Virus record (IMG/VR): IMGVR_UViG_3300012956_000018
Coordinates: 1-64,000 of that record
Source of the DNA: a virus
Taxonomy: Duplodnaviria > Caudoviricetes
Length of the DNA: 64,000 nucleotides
Reading direction: 5' to 3' (one strand)
The notes under the pieces were generated by a model, which did no database searches, had not been told where the DNA came from, and saw only the letters and a program-made list of their open reading frames with translations. The translations under genes and the position numbers were made by a program. Each line of letters starts with the position of its first letter. The stretch's first letter is position 1. Of this stretch, positions 39,141-48,083 are shown in pieces.

Positions 39141-41129
39141 ATGGCAACAGTAGTAACAAATGTCGGTATTACCGCTATTAATAATGCGAGTACCGGCGGT
39201 CCTAGAATCAATGTAACTCAATTTAGAGTGGGAAGTGCTTTCGGATATACTCCTACTACTAATATGACTACATTACAAGGCACCTCACTGTACACAGGGC
39301 CTATTACTAATTACACTGTGTTACCTGGTGACATGGTTGAGTATGAGTGTATACTAGATCAAGCAGTAGGACCATTTAACTTTGGTGAAATAGGTTTATA
39401 TCTAGATACTGGAGAGTTATTTTCATTAACATCACTTACTCAATTAAGATTTAAATCTGCACAGAATTTAGGAACTAATGAATTAGGTAATCGATTTATT
39501 ATAAGAATACAAGTAGCTATTCAAAATGCTCCATATGTTCTAAATTTCCAAAATATTGCTATATCTAGCAGGTTGCCATGGGCTGAAGATTGGCGTAATG
39601 CTACTTATGTGAATGCTACTACAGCTACTGTGAGCACAGATGTATCTTCACTATTTCATGTAGGCAGAGCAGTTAAAGCATCATTCGGATCCAGTTATTC
39701 ATATAGCTATATTAGCTCAGTATCTTTTGGATCAGGTACTACTACTATAGTATTACAAGATCCCATTCTTACAGCTTCGTTGACTGCTCTAGATTACGGC
39801 ATAATGGAAGCTAGTCAGCCTAATGCTGAAGCTTATATAAGAAGAGCTATCAGAACTATTGGTACTTATGGCGTATGGATAGATAATGCTGAACCTATAT
39901 TAACAATAAGAGATTTGGATGCTGGTACTAATTCTAAAGTGTATAGGTACGTAACATCTAATACTTCACTATCCTTACGATTATATGATGATGCCATTTC
40001 ATCATTTACTGATGTTATGGTATTAAACAGAGTAGGACTTAATCTAGCTAGTATAATATTCCCCAATGGTCAAATAGGAATAGGAGGTACTCCTTCAGTA
40101 GGCGTAGGATTAGATATCTATTCTAGTGCTCAATTTAGGTCTGCTATATCTATATCTGGATCGATAAACGCTAGTTTACCATCTGGCACTACTAATGACT
40201 GGTCGCCCTCAGGATTATCTGGAGCATCTATAATTAGAGTAGATACTAATTCTTCAGGATCTAGCCTCAGTGGAGCAGCATTTACTGGCAACAGACAAAT
40301 CAAGATCATAAATCTTGGCCCAGGTCTATTGAATTTGCTTCCAGAAAATTCAGGGTCTTCTGCTAGTAACAGATTTTCTCTAGTCAACAATGCAATACTT
40401 AGAATAGCAGCAGGAGGTTCAGTAACTATATGGGCGGATCCTACATCTTCTAGATGGAGAGCTGATAGTTATGGAGCTGATTTTGCTCCTGGTATGATAG
40501 TAGAGTGGTATGGATTATCTTCTAACGTGCCTGCTGGATGGGCTATTTGTGATGGTACTAATGGTACTCCTGATAGCCGAGGTAGAGTAGCTATTGGAGC
40601 AGGTGGATCTTACACGTTAGGAGAGTTAGGAGGGTCAGTAACAGTATCAGGGACTACTCAAACAGCAGGTTCTCATAGTCATACTATTAATCCTGCTGGA
40701 AGTCATACTCATTCTGCCGGAGGAGGAGATCACACTCATACCACAGATCCTACAATATTAAGTGGAGCAAATTTGCCTCAGCATAATCATGCTGTATATG
40801 TTAAGACTGCTAATGATTCTGATGACGAAGTTAGTGGATTAGCTAGATCAGATGCTAGAGCGTTTGTGTTTAATAGAGATAATGCAGTGGGGCCATTTGG
40901 CTATACTCTAACTAATAATCAAGGTACTTCGTTAATAGATAATGCTGGCGTGGCTAGCCCTAGTGGTCATAATCATACTATACCCTCTAGTGGTAGTCAT
41001 ACTCATACTACTGATAATCAAGGATCTCACTCACATTCAGAGAGTATCGACCCAGGCCACACTCACAATTTAAATCCAGTCTCTACTCTCCAACCATATT
41101 ATGCAGTATTTAAAATTATGAAGTTATAA
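39141..41129 (+). CDS. tail fibre / collar protein with HxH-rich needle
   Basis: P2 gpH-like N-terminus (VTNVG...GPFNFGEIGLY), collar PGMIVEW...PAGWAICDGTNGTPD, many HSH/HTH repeats, end QPYYAVFKIMK. Confidence 0.85.
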   Translation: MATVVTNVGITAINNASTGGPRINVTQFRVGSAFGYTPTTNMTTLQGTSLYTGPITNYTVLPGDMVEYECILDQAVGPFNFGEIGLYLDTGELFSLTSLTQLRFKSAQNLGTNELGNRFIIRIQVAIQNAPYVLNFQNIAISSRLPWAEDWRNATYVNATTATVSTDVSSLFHVGRAVKASFGSSYSYSYISSVSFGSGTTTIVLQDPILTASLTALDYGIMEASQPNAEAYIRRAIRTIGTYGVWIDNAEPILTIRDLDAGTNSKVYRYVTSNTSLSLRLYDDAISSFTDVMVLNRVGLNLASIIFPNGQIGIGGTPSVGVGLDIYSSAQFRSAISISGSINASLPSGTTNDWSPSGLSGASIIRVDTNSSGSSLSGAAFTGNRQIKIINLGPGLLNLLPENSGSSASNRFSLVNNAILRIAAGGSVTIWADPTSSRWRADSYGADFAPGMIVEWYGLSSNVPAGWAICDGTNGTPDSRGRVAIGAGGSYTLGELGGSVTVSGTTQTAGSHSHTINPAGSHTHSAGGGDHTHTTDPTILSGANLPQHNHAVYVKTANDSDDEVSGLARSDARAFVFNRDNAVGPFGYTLTNNQGTSLIDNAGVASPSGHNHTIPSSGSHTHTTDNQGSHSHSESIDPGHTHNLNPVSTLQPYYAVFKIMKL

Positions 41130-41146
41130 TGTCAGTAAGGAGTCAT

Positions 41147-41293
41147 ATGAAAATTATTCTACTTTTTATTCTAGTTGGTTATTTTATTGTTGAACATAAT
41201 TCAGTAATTAATTCTGTAAGATATGTAGATTTAATAAAATTATTTGGTTATTCGATAATTTTAATTTCTTCTGTGATATACTTAGTAAGGTAG
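41147..41293 (+). CDS. small two-TM membrane protein (holin/antiholin candidate)
   Basis: TAAGGAG RBS; MKIILLFILVGYFIVE...LFGYSIILISSVIYLVR; not in the ORF track. Confidence 0.5.
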   Translation: MKIILLFILVGYFIVEHNSVINSVRYVDLIKLFGYSIILISSVIYLVR

Positions 41294-41295
41294 TT

Positions 41296-41709
41296 ATGAA
41301 AATCAAATTATCAATTATGTTAGATAGTATTGAAAGTATTAAACATATTTCTCAGCAGAAGTATCCTGCTAAGATTAGTTGGATACTGGCAAAAGTCATT
41401 CGTAAGATGGATATATATTATAAAGAATTTATTAATACCAGAGACAGTTTAATAAAGAAGTATGGCGAAGTAGATGAATCTGGTAAGATGATGGGGGTCA
41501 AAGAAGAATATAAGAATCAGTATTTTGGAGAGATACTAGAATTAATGAAACAAGATGTTGATATTCCTATTAATCCTATGAAATTCGAAGATATTATTAA
41601 TGACGAGGTCAAGCTAGAACCTCAGTATCTAGTAAATATAGATTGGTTATTTGGTGAAGATAATACACACTATATTACTGAGGTGGAAGAGAATGCTCAA
41701 GCTAGCTAA
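41296..41709 (+). CDS. conserved phage hypothetical protein
   Basis: PAKISWILAKVIRK...RDSLIKKYGE pattern common near tail fibre genes. Confidence 0.65.
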   Translation: MKIKLSIMLDSIESIKHISQQKYPAKISWILAKVIRKMDIYYKEFINTRDSLIKKYGEVDESGKMMGVKEEYKNQYFGEILELMKQDVDIPINPMKFEDIINDEVKLEPQYLVNIDWLFGEDNTHYITEVEENAQAS

Positions 41710-42289
41710 AAGACCTCTTCCAAGACACTGTATTCCTAGCGAGAATAATGGCCAATTAAAGACCATGATAGATGTGTCAGGGATAGTGATTAGAAGTTTC
41801 AATGTAGCTAGAGTATACCCGAATAATAAATTTGATACTGAGTCTTGTATAAATCTTATTATTGATCTGAATCTAGCAGGCCCAGACAGAGGCTTGATAA
41901 TGCAAAAAGATCATCATAGAAGATATTATACATCTCCGCACTATCTTATAGATAGAGACGGAATGATCTTTGAACTCATACCTCCTCCAGTAAGATCTTG
42001 GCACTCTGGACCATCGTCTTTTAATGGAAAAGATTATTGTAATAATTGGATGATAGGAGTATGGATTATAGGGGATTCTAGCCAAGATTTTACAGAACAT
42101 CAGTATTTAAGTTTAAGTAATCTATGCAAAGAATTTATGTCAGCATATAGATTCTCTATTTCTAATATAGCTACTCATAAAGAAGTATCCTTATCTAATG
42201 GATCTTCAATTGATTATATGCTGACATTTAGTAAGCCGAAGTTATATCAATACATAGATGTGCCTGATATGATGGTTGCTGTGAGGTAG
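41693..42289 (+). CDS. AmpD/Amidase_2-fold protein, probably catalytically degenerate
   Basis: TSPHYLIDRDG...RSWHSG...CNNWMIG...FTEHQY...ATHKEV; GAGG RBS before ATG 41693. Confidence 0.8.
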   Translation: MLKLAKRPLPRHCIPSENNGQLKTMIDVSGIVIRSFNVARVYPNNKFDTESCINLIIDLNLAGPDRGLIMQKDHHRRYYTSPHYLIDRDGMIFELIPPPVRSWHSGPSSFNGKDYCNNWMIGVWIIGDSSQDFTEHQYLSLSNLCKEFMSAYRFSISNIATHKEVSLSNGSSIDYMLTFSKPKLYQYIDVPDMMVAVR

Positions 42290-42295
42290 TATGCA

Positions 42296-42676
42296 ATGCC
42301 ATGGTTAAAATTTGCTCCGTATATAATTATCGCTGTTCTATTATCTATTATAGGAGGCATGAAGTACTATTATAGTAATAAGATTGAAAATCTGAGTAAT
42401 AATGTTGCTACTGAGAGGGCAAATGTTAAAATATTGTCTAAAGACTTGGAATCATGTAAGTCTTCAGTAAAGGAACAAAATAAATCTATAGATGAATGGA
42501 AGGCTAAATCTGAAGATGCTCAGATAGCTTTAGATAAAGCAATAAAAGATGCTAGTGATATAAGAAAAGCTAGCGATAAGAGGATTAGAGATATATTATC
42601 TAGGCCTCTTGCTACTGATTGTAGTTCTGCAATTAAAGAGTTGAGGGATTCTGCTAGAGAGGATAGTGTATGGTAA
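42296..42676 (+). CDS. i-spanin (Rz-like)
   Basis: N-terminal TM helix plus coiled coil, overlapping a downstream lipoprotein gene. Confidence 0.8.
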   Translation: MPWLKFAPYIIIAVLLSIIGGMKYYYSNKIENLSNNVATERANVKILSKDLESCKSSVKEQNKSIDEWKAKSEDAQIALDKAIKDASDIRKASDKRIRDILSRPLATDCSSAIKELRDSAREDSVW

Positions 42677-42987
42677 AGTATATTTTTATTATATTACCAT
42701 TTTTATTAGCAGGATGTGCTGATAAGAGCAAGTTAATTGAAAGTAGCCCAACTACTACTGCTAAAGTAGTAGTGCCTATTCAATGCCCAAAGCCATCAGA
42801 ATTAAATAGACCTGATTTAGAAGTACTTTCTTTAATAAATGAATCATCAAGCGATGGCGAAGTAGTTAGAGCATATAGAGTGGCCTTAACTGATATAAAA
42901 GGATATGCTAAGGAATTAGAGAAGATTCTCCAAGGGTATAAAGAAGCATGCTCTAAGACGACTTCTCAGGAGAATAATCATCAATAA
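42670..42987 (+). CDS. o-spanin lipoprotein (Rz1-like)
   Basis: Lipobox LAGC; Pro/Cys VPIQCPKP segment. Confidence 0.8.
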   Translation: MVKYIFIILPFLLAGCADKSKLIESSPTTTAKVVVPIQCPKPSELNRPDLEVLSLINESSSDGEVVRAYRVALTDIKGYAKELEKILQGYKEACSKTTSQENNHQ

Positions 42988-43234
42988 TCGTTTTATTGTC
43001 TATTCTTTTGTGATCTAATTGATCTTGCATAATAAAGCTATGTTGAGGAAATATTATATTTGCAAATATTTCTTGCAAAGCGTGAGCCTCTCCTAGAGTT
43101 ATATTATATATACTGTTTGTATTACTTGAGTAGGCTACTACAACAATTGAATCTATAGTATTATTTTCGTTAAATTCTGCTAGTTTATCTATAGATGTAG
43201 ATATCTGTTTTAATAAATCGTTTCTAGAAATCAT
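42953..43234 (-). CDS. hypothetical protein
   Basis: ATG 43234 overlaps the terminase stop; converges on the o-spanin gene. Confidence 0.55.
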   Translation of the reverse strand: MISRNDLLKQISTSIDKLAEFNENNTIDSIVVVAYSSNTNSIYNITLGEAHALQEIFANIIFPQHSFIMQDQLDHKRIDNKTIIDDYSPEKSS

Positions 43235-46200
43235 ATTTGTTCCCACTCCGGTATATCTGCTGTAGATATATTCTTATTATATAGTTTATCTGGGGATACG
43301 AATAAATATACTGGTTCGTCGTCTGGGTTCATAAGTGCACTATGTGCCGCTCCTGCCAATGAATCTGACATATCTTTTCTGATATGCGTCATTATGGCAC
43401 CTTTACTATCCTTCTGAATATTCTTTAATTGATTTCTCAATAATGGGCTCTTCCCTGTAGCTAGAGCATTATGAGCTACAAGATTTGATAACTGCCCATA
43501 TGGTATAGGAGTTCTATCTACAGATATTAATTTGGGCTTGTATTTATCTGGTTTATGCATTATTCTTTCTATATCCCACTTCTGTCTCATTTGGGATGAT
43601 TGAAATTGATCAGCAGATAATCCAGCAATTTGTACATTACATATTCTTGCTAATTCAATAATAAATTGTTCGATGGCATCAAGACTTATTCTATCAGGAG
43701 AAATAATTCTAAGAACTAGATCAGTAACTAGCATCACCACTCTATTACCAGAAGAATCTACAATATATTCTTTATGGAGAATAGTTAGCCCGGCTTCTGC
43801 AGTTTCTGCAAGATCACAATTATGTACTACTACTCCTGCATCTAATGCAAAATTATGATCATTATAAGGAGTATCTATCGATAAATCAAATACCTCTGTA
43901 TCTTCGTTTATATATTCTATATTTACTATTTTATGATTATTGGGCAGTAGTGATAATAAATTTTCGACTGACCCGACTCTTGCAATAGCAGTATCCCAAG
44001 AAGGAAATCCTTTATAGTCTCTGTTTCTGTTCCAGTTATCTTCATTAATGTTAATATTATTAACAGCTAATTTCATTAAATAATTCTTAATTAATCCTAA
44101 TTGTCTTTTATTACCCATCGTCGGATCAGAATTTATCATCTTTGACATAGCCTTACCACCAAGTCTTTGAATTTCTTTTAAATGATTATCGTATACTCCT
44201 CTTTTATATGCACTTTTTACACTATTTATATGATTTTCGGATCCATTATATCTCTTCAGAAACGCAGATCCATTTGCAGATTGAATTGGAGATATAAATT
44301 TTCTCCACTCTTCGCTATTTTCTCCATGCCAATTTTGTAACATATTTTTCTTGCCATTTATTTTACCATTTTCTGAATTTACTCTAGACATAAGTGAAGT
44401 AAATTCAGAAGTTTTCCACCTACTAGCAAATCCGCATTTATCAGCATGTTCAGAATGAAGAGTTATATGAGATTTATTACCGATAAAGACTAAATTATCA
44501 GGGTTATTATTCTTCTTATTAAAATCTTTATGATGTCTTACATAAAATTTATCAGCATCCACCAAATCTAGCTTCTCTAGTAGAGTATCAGATATTTTAT
44601 GAGTATATATTAGTTCATTATTACGATTGTCTTTTATAACTTCATATCCAGCACTATCTGTATAACAGTATAATGGCATCAAGCTATCTTCAGGAGTAAG
44701 ATATTGAGCTTCTTTATATGATCCATCTCTAAGCATGAATCTGTGATTAGGAGTACATTTAATAACTTCGTTGTTATCCAATGTCAATCTAATTATTCTC
44801 CCAACCATTCCAGTAGAAAATACTCTCGATATTCTTCCTGGCACCCACCCTTTACTACTATTCCATGTATAAGCCCAGTTTTGTATACTATTCTCTTGAT
44901 CTTCCAAAAGCTCTTCAAATGTCTTAGAAGTTCCATTTAATAATTTAATCTTTGTATCTTTAGTAAAGCAGTGAATATAACGCAATGCATTAGGGTATCT
45001 AGTAAACTGTTTTCCTCCTGGAAAATCTACGAATATACCTGAAGGTATTTTATTCAATACAGATGTTCTATCATTAATACTAATACTTAAAGTAAGTTCT
45101 GGAGTTAAGAATGAATATTCAATACCAGAAGTATCTGGAAATAAGTATTCTCCTCCAAGTTCTTGGATACCCGCTAGATCTCTAATTGCTCTACTAATAT
45201 CTGCTTCAAAGGATTTTCTATACTCACCCTCCGGTACTTTTATTAGTAAACAATTTTCCGGTAACTTGACTTTATCTTCGTCCGCCAGTTTACATTCTTC
45301 TTCAGATAATATCCTATGTGGGTGGCTCTGAGTTCCTCTCATAACCCAGAAGTGACCTTTTTCATATGGATATTTGTATTTTACTTCCCATATGGGATAT
45401 GCTAGTATCTTACTATGAGGATCATCTGGCTTAATGCGTTTTAGGTAGTCTGACATGATGCCTATACTGCTCTTAGCAGATGACATCATAGTAAGAAATA
45501 TAAATCTAGACCCCATAAATCTAGATCTAACTCTCTCTTTCAGAGCATTATATGTCTCTACAGCATCTTCAGGACCTGATATTCTGAATTCTGATTCGTC
45601 TAGGCTTGCTCCGAATGCTGAAATACCTAATGCATGAGTGACTCTAGATCCTGACATTACCATCACATTATTAGGAAATAATACTGTCCCTCCACCATCT
45701 ACAAATGGTATTCTACCTACCCCCTTATAATCATTAAAATAGTTAATATTTTTAACTTGTTCAAATATGGTTGCTTCTTTATCTTTCATGAGATTGACAA
45801 ATGGAGCAACTACAGCTAGAGCAGATTTTTCTAATGTAGTAGAAAATAGTTGTAATACTAATAATGTCATAGGAGCTACGCCTAGAGCTATCTGAGGTTG
45901 CTTCAATGACAATATTCTTATAAGATTATATAAATGCCCAATATTTGTGAAAGAAGTCTTGCCCGTGCCTATTGCTCCAGTCACAATTAGCTCATATCTA
46001 GTATTTCCAGGAGAGAAGTGTTCAATTAATTCATCCCTCCATTTAGGAAACAGAAAATCAGAATTAAGACCTATATAATTCTTAGTTAAATATTCTTTTA
46101 TTGTTGGTATCTTCCTGGTATAAAAGAATCTCCACATATCTTCTATATAATTATCAATACCCAACTGAAACATATATAGAGATGCACTTTTTAATCTGTT

Positions 46201-46317
46201 AGGTAGCTCATTAAATCTGGGGTTATTTTGTGATATATTCCTCTCTAGGAGAGCATATTCTTTACTATTTATAAATTGCTCAATCTTTTTGGATAGTTCT
46301 TGTCTATTTATAGTCAT
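43231..46317 (-). CDS. terL: terminase large subunit containing an intein
   Basis: Walker A TGAIGTGKT, Walker B ASLDESEF, nuclease motifs YIH/CDLA, ADQFQS and KDMSDSLAGA. Confidence 0.88.
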   Translation of the reverse strand: MTINRQELSKKIEQFINSKEYALLERNISQNNPRFNELPNRLKSASLYMFQLGIDNYIEDMWRFFYTRKIPTIKEYLTKNYIGLNSDFLFPKWRDELIEHFSPGNTRYELIVTGAIGTGKTSFTNIGHLYNLIRILSLKQPQIALGVAPMTLLVLQLFSTTLEKSALAVVAPFVNLMKDKEATIFEQVKNINYFNDYKGVGRIPFVDGGGTVLFPNNVMVMSGSRVTHALGISAFGASLDESEFRISGPEDAVETYNALKERVRSRFMGSRFIFLTMMSSAKSSIGIMSDYLKRIKPDDPHSKILAYPIWEVKYKYPYEKGHFWVMRGTQSHPHRILSEEECKLADEDKVKLPENCLLIKVPEGEYRKSFEADISRAIRDLAGIQELGGEYLFPDTSGIEYSFLTPELTLSISINDRTSVLNKIPSGIFVDFPGGKQFTRYPNALRYIHCFTKDTKIKLLNGTSKTFEELLEDQENSIQNWAYTWNSSKGWVPGRISRVFSTGMVGRIIRLTLDNNEVIKCTPNHRFMLRDGSYKEAQYLTPEDSLMPLYCYTDSAGYEVIKDNRNNELIYTHKISDTLLEKLDLVDADKFYVRHHKDFNKKNNNPDNLVFIGNKSHITLHSEHADKCGFASRWKTSEFTSLMSRVNSENGKINGKKNMLQNWHGENSEEWRKFISPIQSANGSAFLKRYNGSENHINSVKSAYKRGVYDNHLKEIQRLGGKAMSKMINSDPTMGNKRQLGLIKNYLMKLAVNNININEDNWNRNRDYKGFPSWDTAIARVGSVENLLSLLPNNHKIVNIEYINEDTEVFDLSIDTPYNDHNFALDAGVVVHNCDLAETAEAGLTILHKEYIVDSSGNRVVMLVTDLVLRIISPDRISLDAIEQFIIELARICNVQIAGLSADQFQSSQMRQKWDIERIMHKPDKYKPKLISVDRTPIPYGQLSNLVAHNALATGKSPLLRNQLKNIQKDSKGAIMTHIRKDMSDSLAGAAHSALMNPDDEPVYLFVSPDKLYNKNISTADIPEWEQI
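43819..44970 (-). mobile_element. intein (384 aa) with HNH homing endonuclease in TerL
   Basis: Starts CFTKDT, block B CTPNHRFM, HHKDFNKKNNNPDNL, ends VFDLSI...HNFALDAGVVVHN followed by Cys. Confidence 0.93.
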
Positions 46318-46841
46318 TCTTCGTTATCTAGATAGTCTTTAGGAGATTGTTCTTTATTATGAGTCAGCACTTCAGTGATCTCTAATATAGTATCCATTAA
46401 AGCAACTGCTTCTCTGCTTAGAGATGTGGATTTATCTGAAGGATCTGTATTATCTGACGAAGAAGTACTACCCCCCATAAATAGATTAAATACTCCTAAA
46501 GATCCTGACGATTTTTCAGAGGATTTGCCGGATTCTGACATAATCATCAAATCTTTACTAGTCTGCTCATCAAGTGTTTGAATTATCTGTAGTAACATTC
46601 TAGGAGATTCGATTGTACTAATACTCAGTGCCAGTCTGTCTATTGCTAGTTTCTTAGTAGTTTCAATAGTATTGGAGTTTTCTAATCTATTTTTGATAAA
46701 CTGTGACGCCAACTCTTTTAACTGTGAGGATCTATTAAAAGCCTCTTGTGTTGGTGATATATCTAGACTCTTAGCTTCTTCTACTAAAGATGTCTTATCA
46801 GAAGAATTTGTTCTTACTTTTATGAATTTAGGAATAGTCAT
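46314..46841 (-). CDS. putative terminase small subunit
   Basis: Helical 175-aa protein overlapping the terL start (ATGA); assignment is positional. Confidence 0.45.
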   Translation of the reverse strand: MTIPKFIKVRTNSSDKTSLVEEAKSLDISPTQEAFNRSSQLKELASQFIKNRLENSNTIETTKKLAIDRLALSISTIESPRMLLQIIQTLDEQTSKDLMIMSESGKSSEKSSGSLGVFNLFMGGSTSSSDNTDPSDKSTSLSREAVALMDTILEITEVLTHNKEQSPKDYLDNEE

Positions 46842-47230
46842 ATTGAAGTTAGGAATTTAGGTAGAGACATATTATCTCTATTTATCTTTTCAAGCCATTC
46901 TTGAATTCTCGCTTGAATAGTGTTCAATTTACTTTTATCGATTTTCAATTTCTCTTGTATAGATGGCCAGGGCATTTCATGACATGTTCTATAATAGGCA
47001 GCTAGAGCACAGTGCATATCTAAAGAAAATTCACTCACAGTTGGTATCTTTAATGTTCTACCTCCAAATGTGTGGAGAAATGTTATTATTTGGTCAGGAT
47101 GCATAAAGTAAGTAACTTCAGGAATAATAGAATCTGGATTTCTTGATATCAAGAACGATAGAGCACAATAAAAGAAATCAGCTCTTTCTGATAGATGATC
47201 AGCTAGAGTTTCTTCATTAATATTGTGCAT
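46838..47230 (-). CDS. Mor/C-family-like transcription activator
   Basis: FLHTFGGRTLKIP signature followed by an HTH-like C-terminus. Confidence 0.55.
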   Translation of the reverse strand: MHNINEETLADHLSERADFFYCALSFLISRNPDSIIPEVTYFMHPDQIITFLHTFGGRTLKIPTVSEFSLDMHCALAAYYRTCHEMPWPSIQEKLKIDKSKLNTIQARIQEWLEKINRDNMSLPKFLTSI

Positions 47231-47822
47231 TAATATGCCTAGTCATTTTAATAATTTCATTAGTTATTAAATATGACAATAGTCTAATCATCCCATGATA
47301 CTTACTAGGAACAAGTCTTAAATAATCTACACCTTGAGAATAGTTTAGTATTATTAATTTAGTAATATTTTTCTTATATCCTACCATAGGAATTGAATTT
47401 AATATTTTTGTAATATTTTTAGAACAGTGAGACATTCTAGAAGTAACTTCTACCAAATATGAACTGTACATATTATTTGAATTATATACAATATTTAATC
47501 CTTCTTGTTCTATATCTTCTATAGACTGATGCTGAGAATATACGTTTAGCTTCAACCAGTCTGCTGTAGTATTTCTAGTAGACTGCTTTATATATTTGCC
47601 CCACGCCCATACCTCAAATGATTTATGTAAATTTATTATTATACTAGAAGCTACATCGTGAGATATATCATCAACAGCACTGTGTGGTAGAGATGGATAA
47701 TCCGTTCTAATAAATATTGAAGATAGATTTACAATCTTTGTATATAAAGACTTCTGAATTTTTAAATCTTCAGATTGCTGATAATTATTCACTAAAATCT
47801 TAATCTGATCTTCTAAAGTCAT
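47217..47822 (-). CDS. RNA polymerase sigma-factor-like protein
   Basis: DDISHDVA...AWGKYIKQSTRNTTADWLK resembles sigma-70 region 2. Confidence 0.55.
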   Translation of the reverse strand: MTLEDQIKILVNNYQQSEDLKIQKSLYTKIVNLSSIFIRTDYPSLPHSAVDDISHDVASSIIINLHKSFEVWAWGKYIKQSTRNTTADWLKLNVYSQHQSIEDIEQEGLNIVYNSNNMYSSYLVEVTSRMSHCSKNITKILNSIPMVGYKKNITKLIILNYSQGVDYLRLVPSKYHGMIRLLSYLITNEIIKMTRHINAQY

Positions 47823-48081
47823 CAGAGTCTATCGTATCTAAAATAAATTGATTCAAATCATCTTCAGTTAAATTTAAATTAAGTATCTGGCTTACCATAG
47901 AGCCAGTCTTTGCAACAATTAATTCGTTATTTGATATTATCAAAGTACCTATAGGAGTAGTAGCAGATCCGGAATATGCTATTTGTATTAATATATATTT
48001 AATATATTCATCTATAATCTGCTTTACTGTATTTATATCTTTATTAGTAGATTTTGATATTTGGCTTAGGCATGGATCCAT
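47800..48081 (-). CDS. HU/IHF-like DNA-binding protein (arm region absent)
   Basis: QISKSTNKDINTVKQIIDEYIKYI...SATTPIGTL. Confidence 0.45.
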   Translation of the reverse strand: MDPCLSQISKSTNKDINTVKQIIDEYIKYILIQIAYSGSATTPIGTLIISNNELIVAKTGSMVSQILNLNLTEDDLNQFILDTIDSDDFRRSD

Positions 48082-48083
48082 AA

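Noticed and set aside
33814-41129. Diversity-generating retroelement targeting the fibres
   Set aside because: No reverse transcriptase and no near-identical template/variable repeat pair differing at adenines was seen.
2935-42100. Minus-strand ORFs inside the structural block (e.g. 7906, 10162, 10582, 18912, 25058, 26641, 34605, 40130)
   Set aside because: They are antisense shadows of long + strand genes, with no RBS or recognisable motifs.
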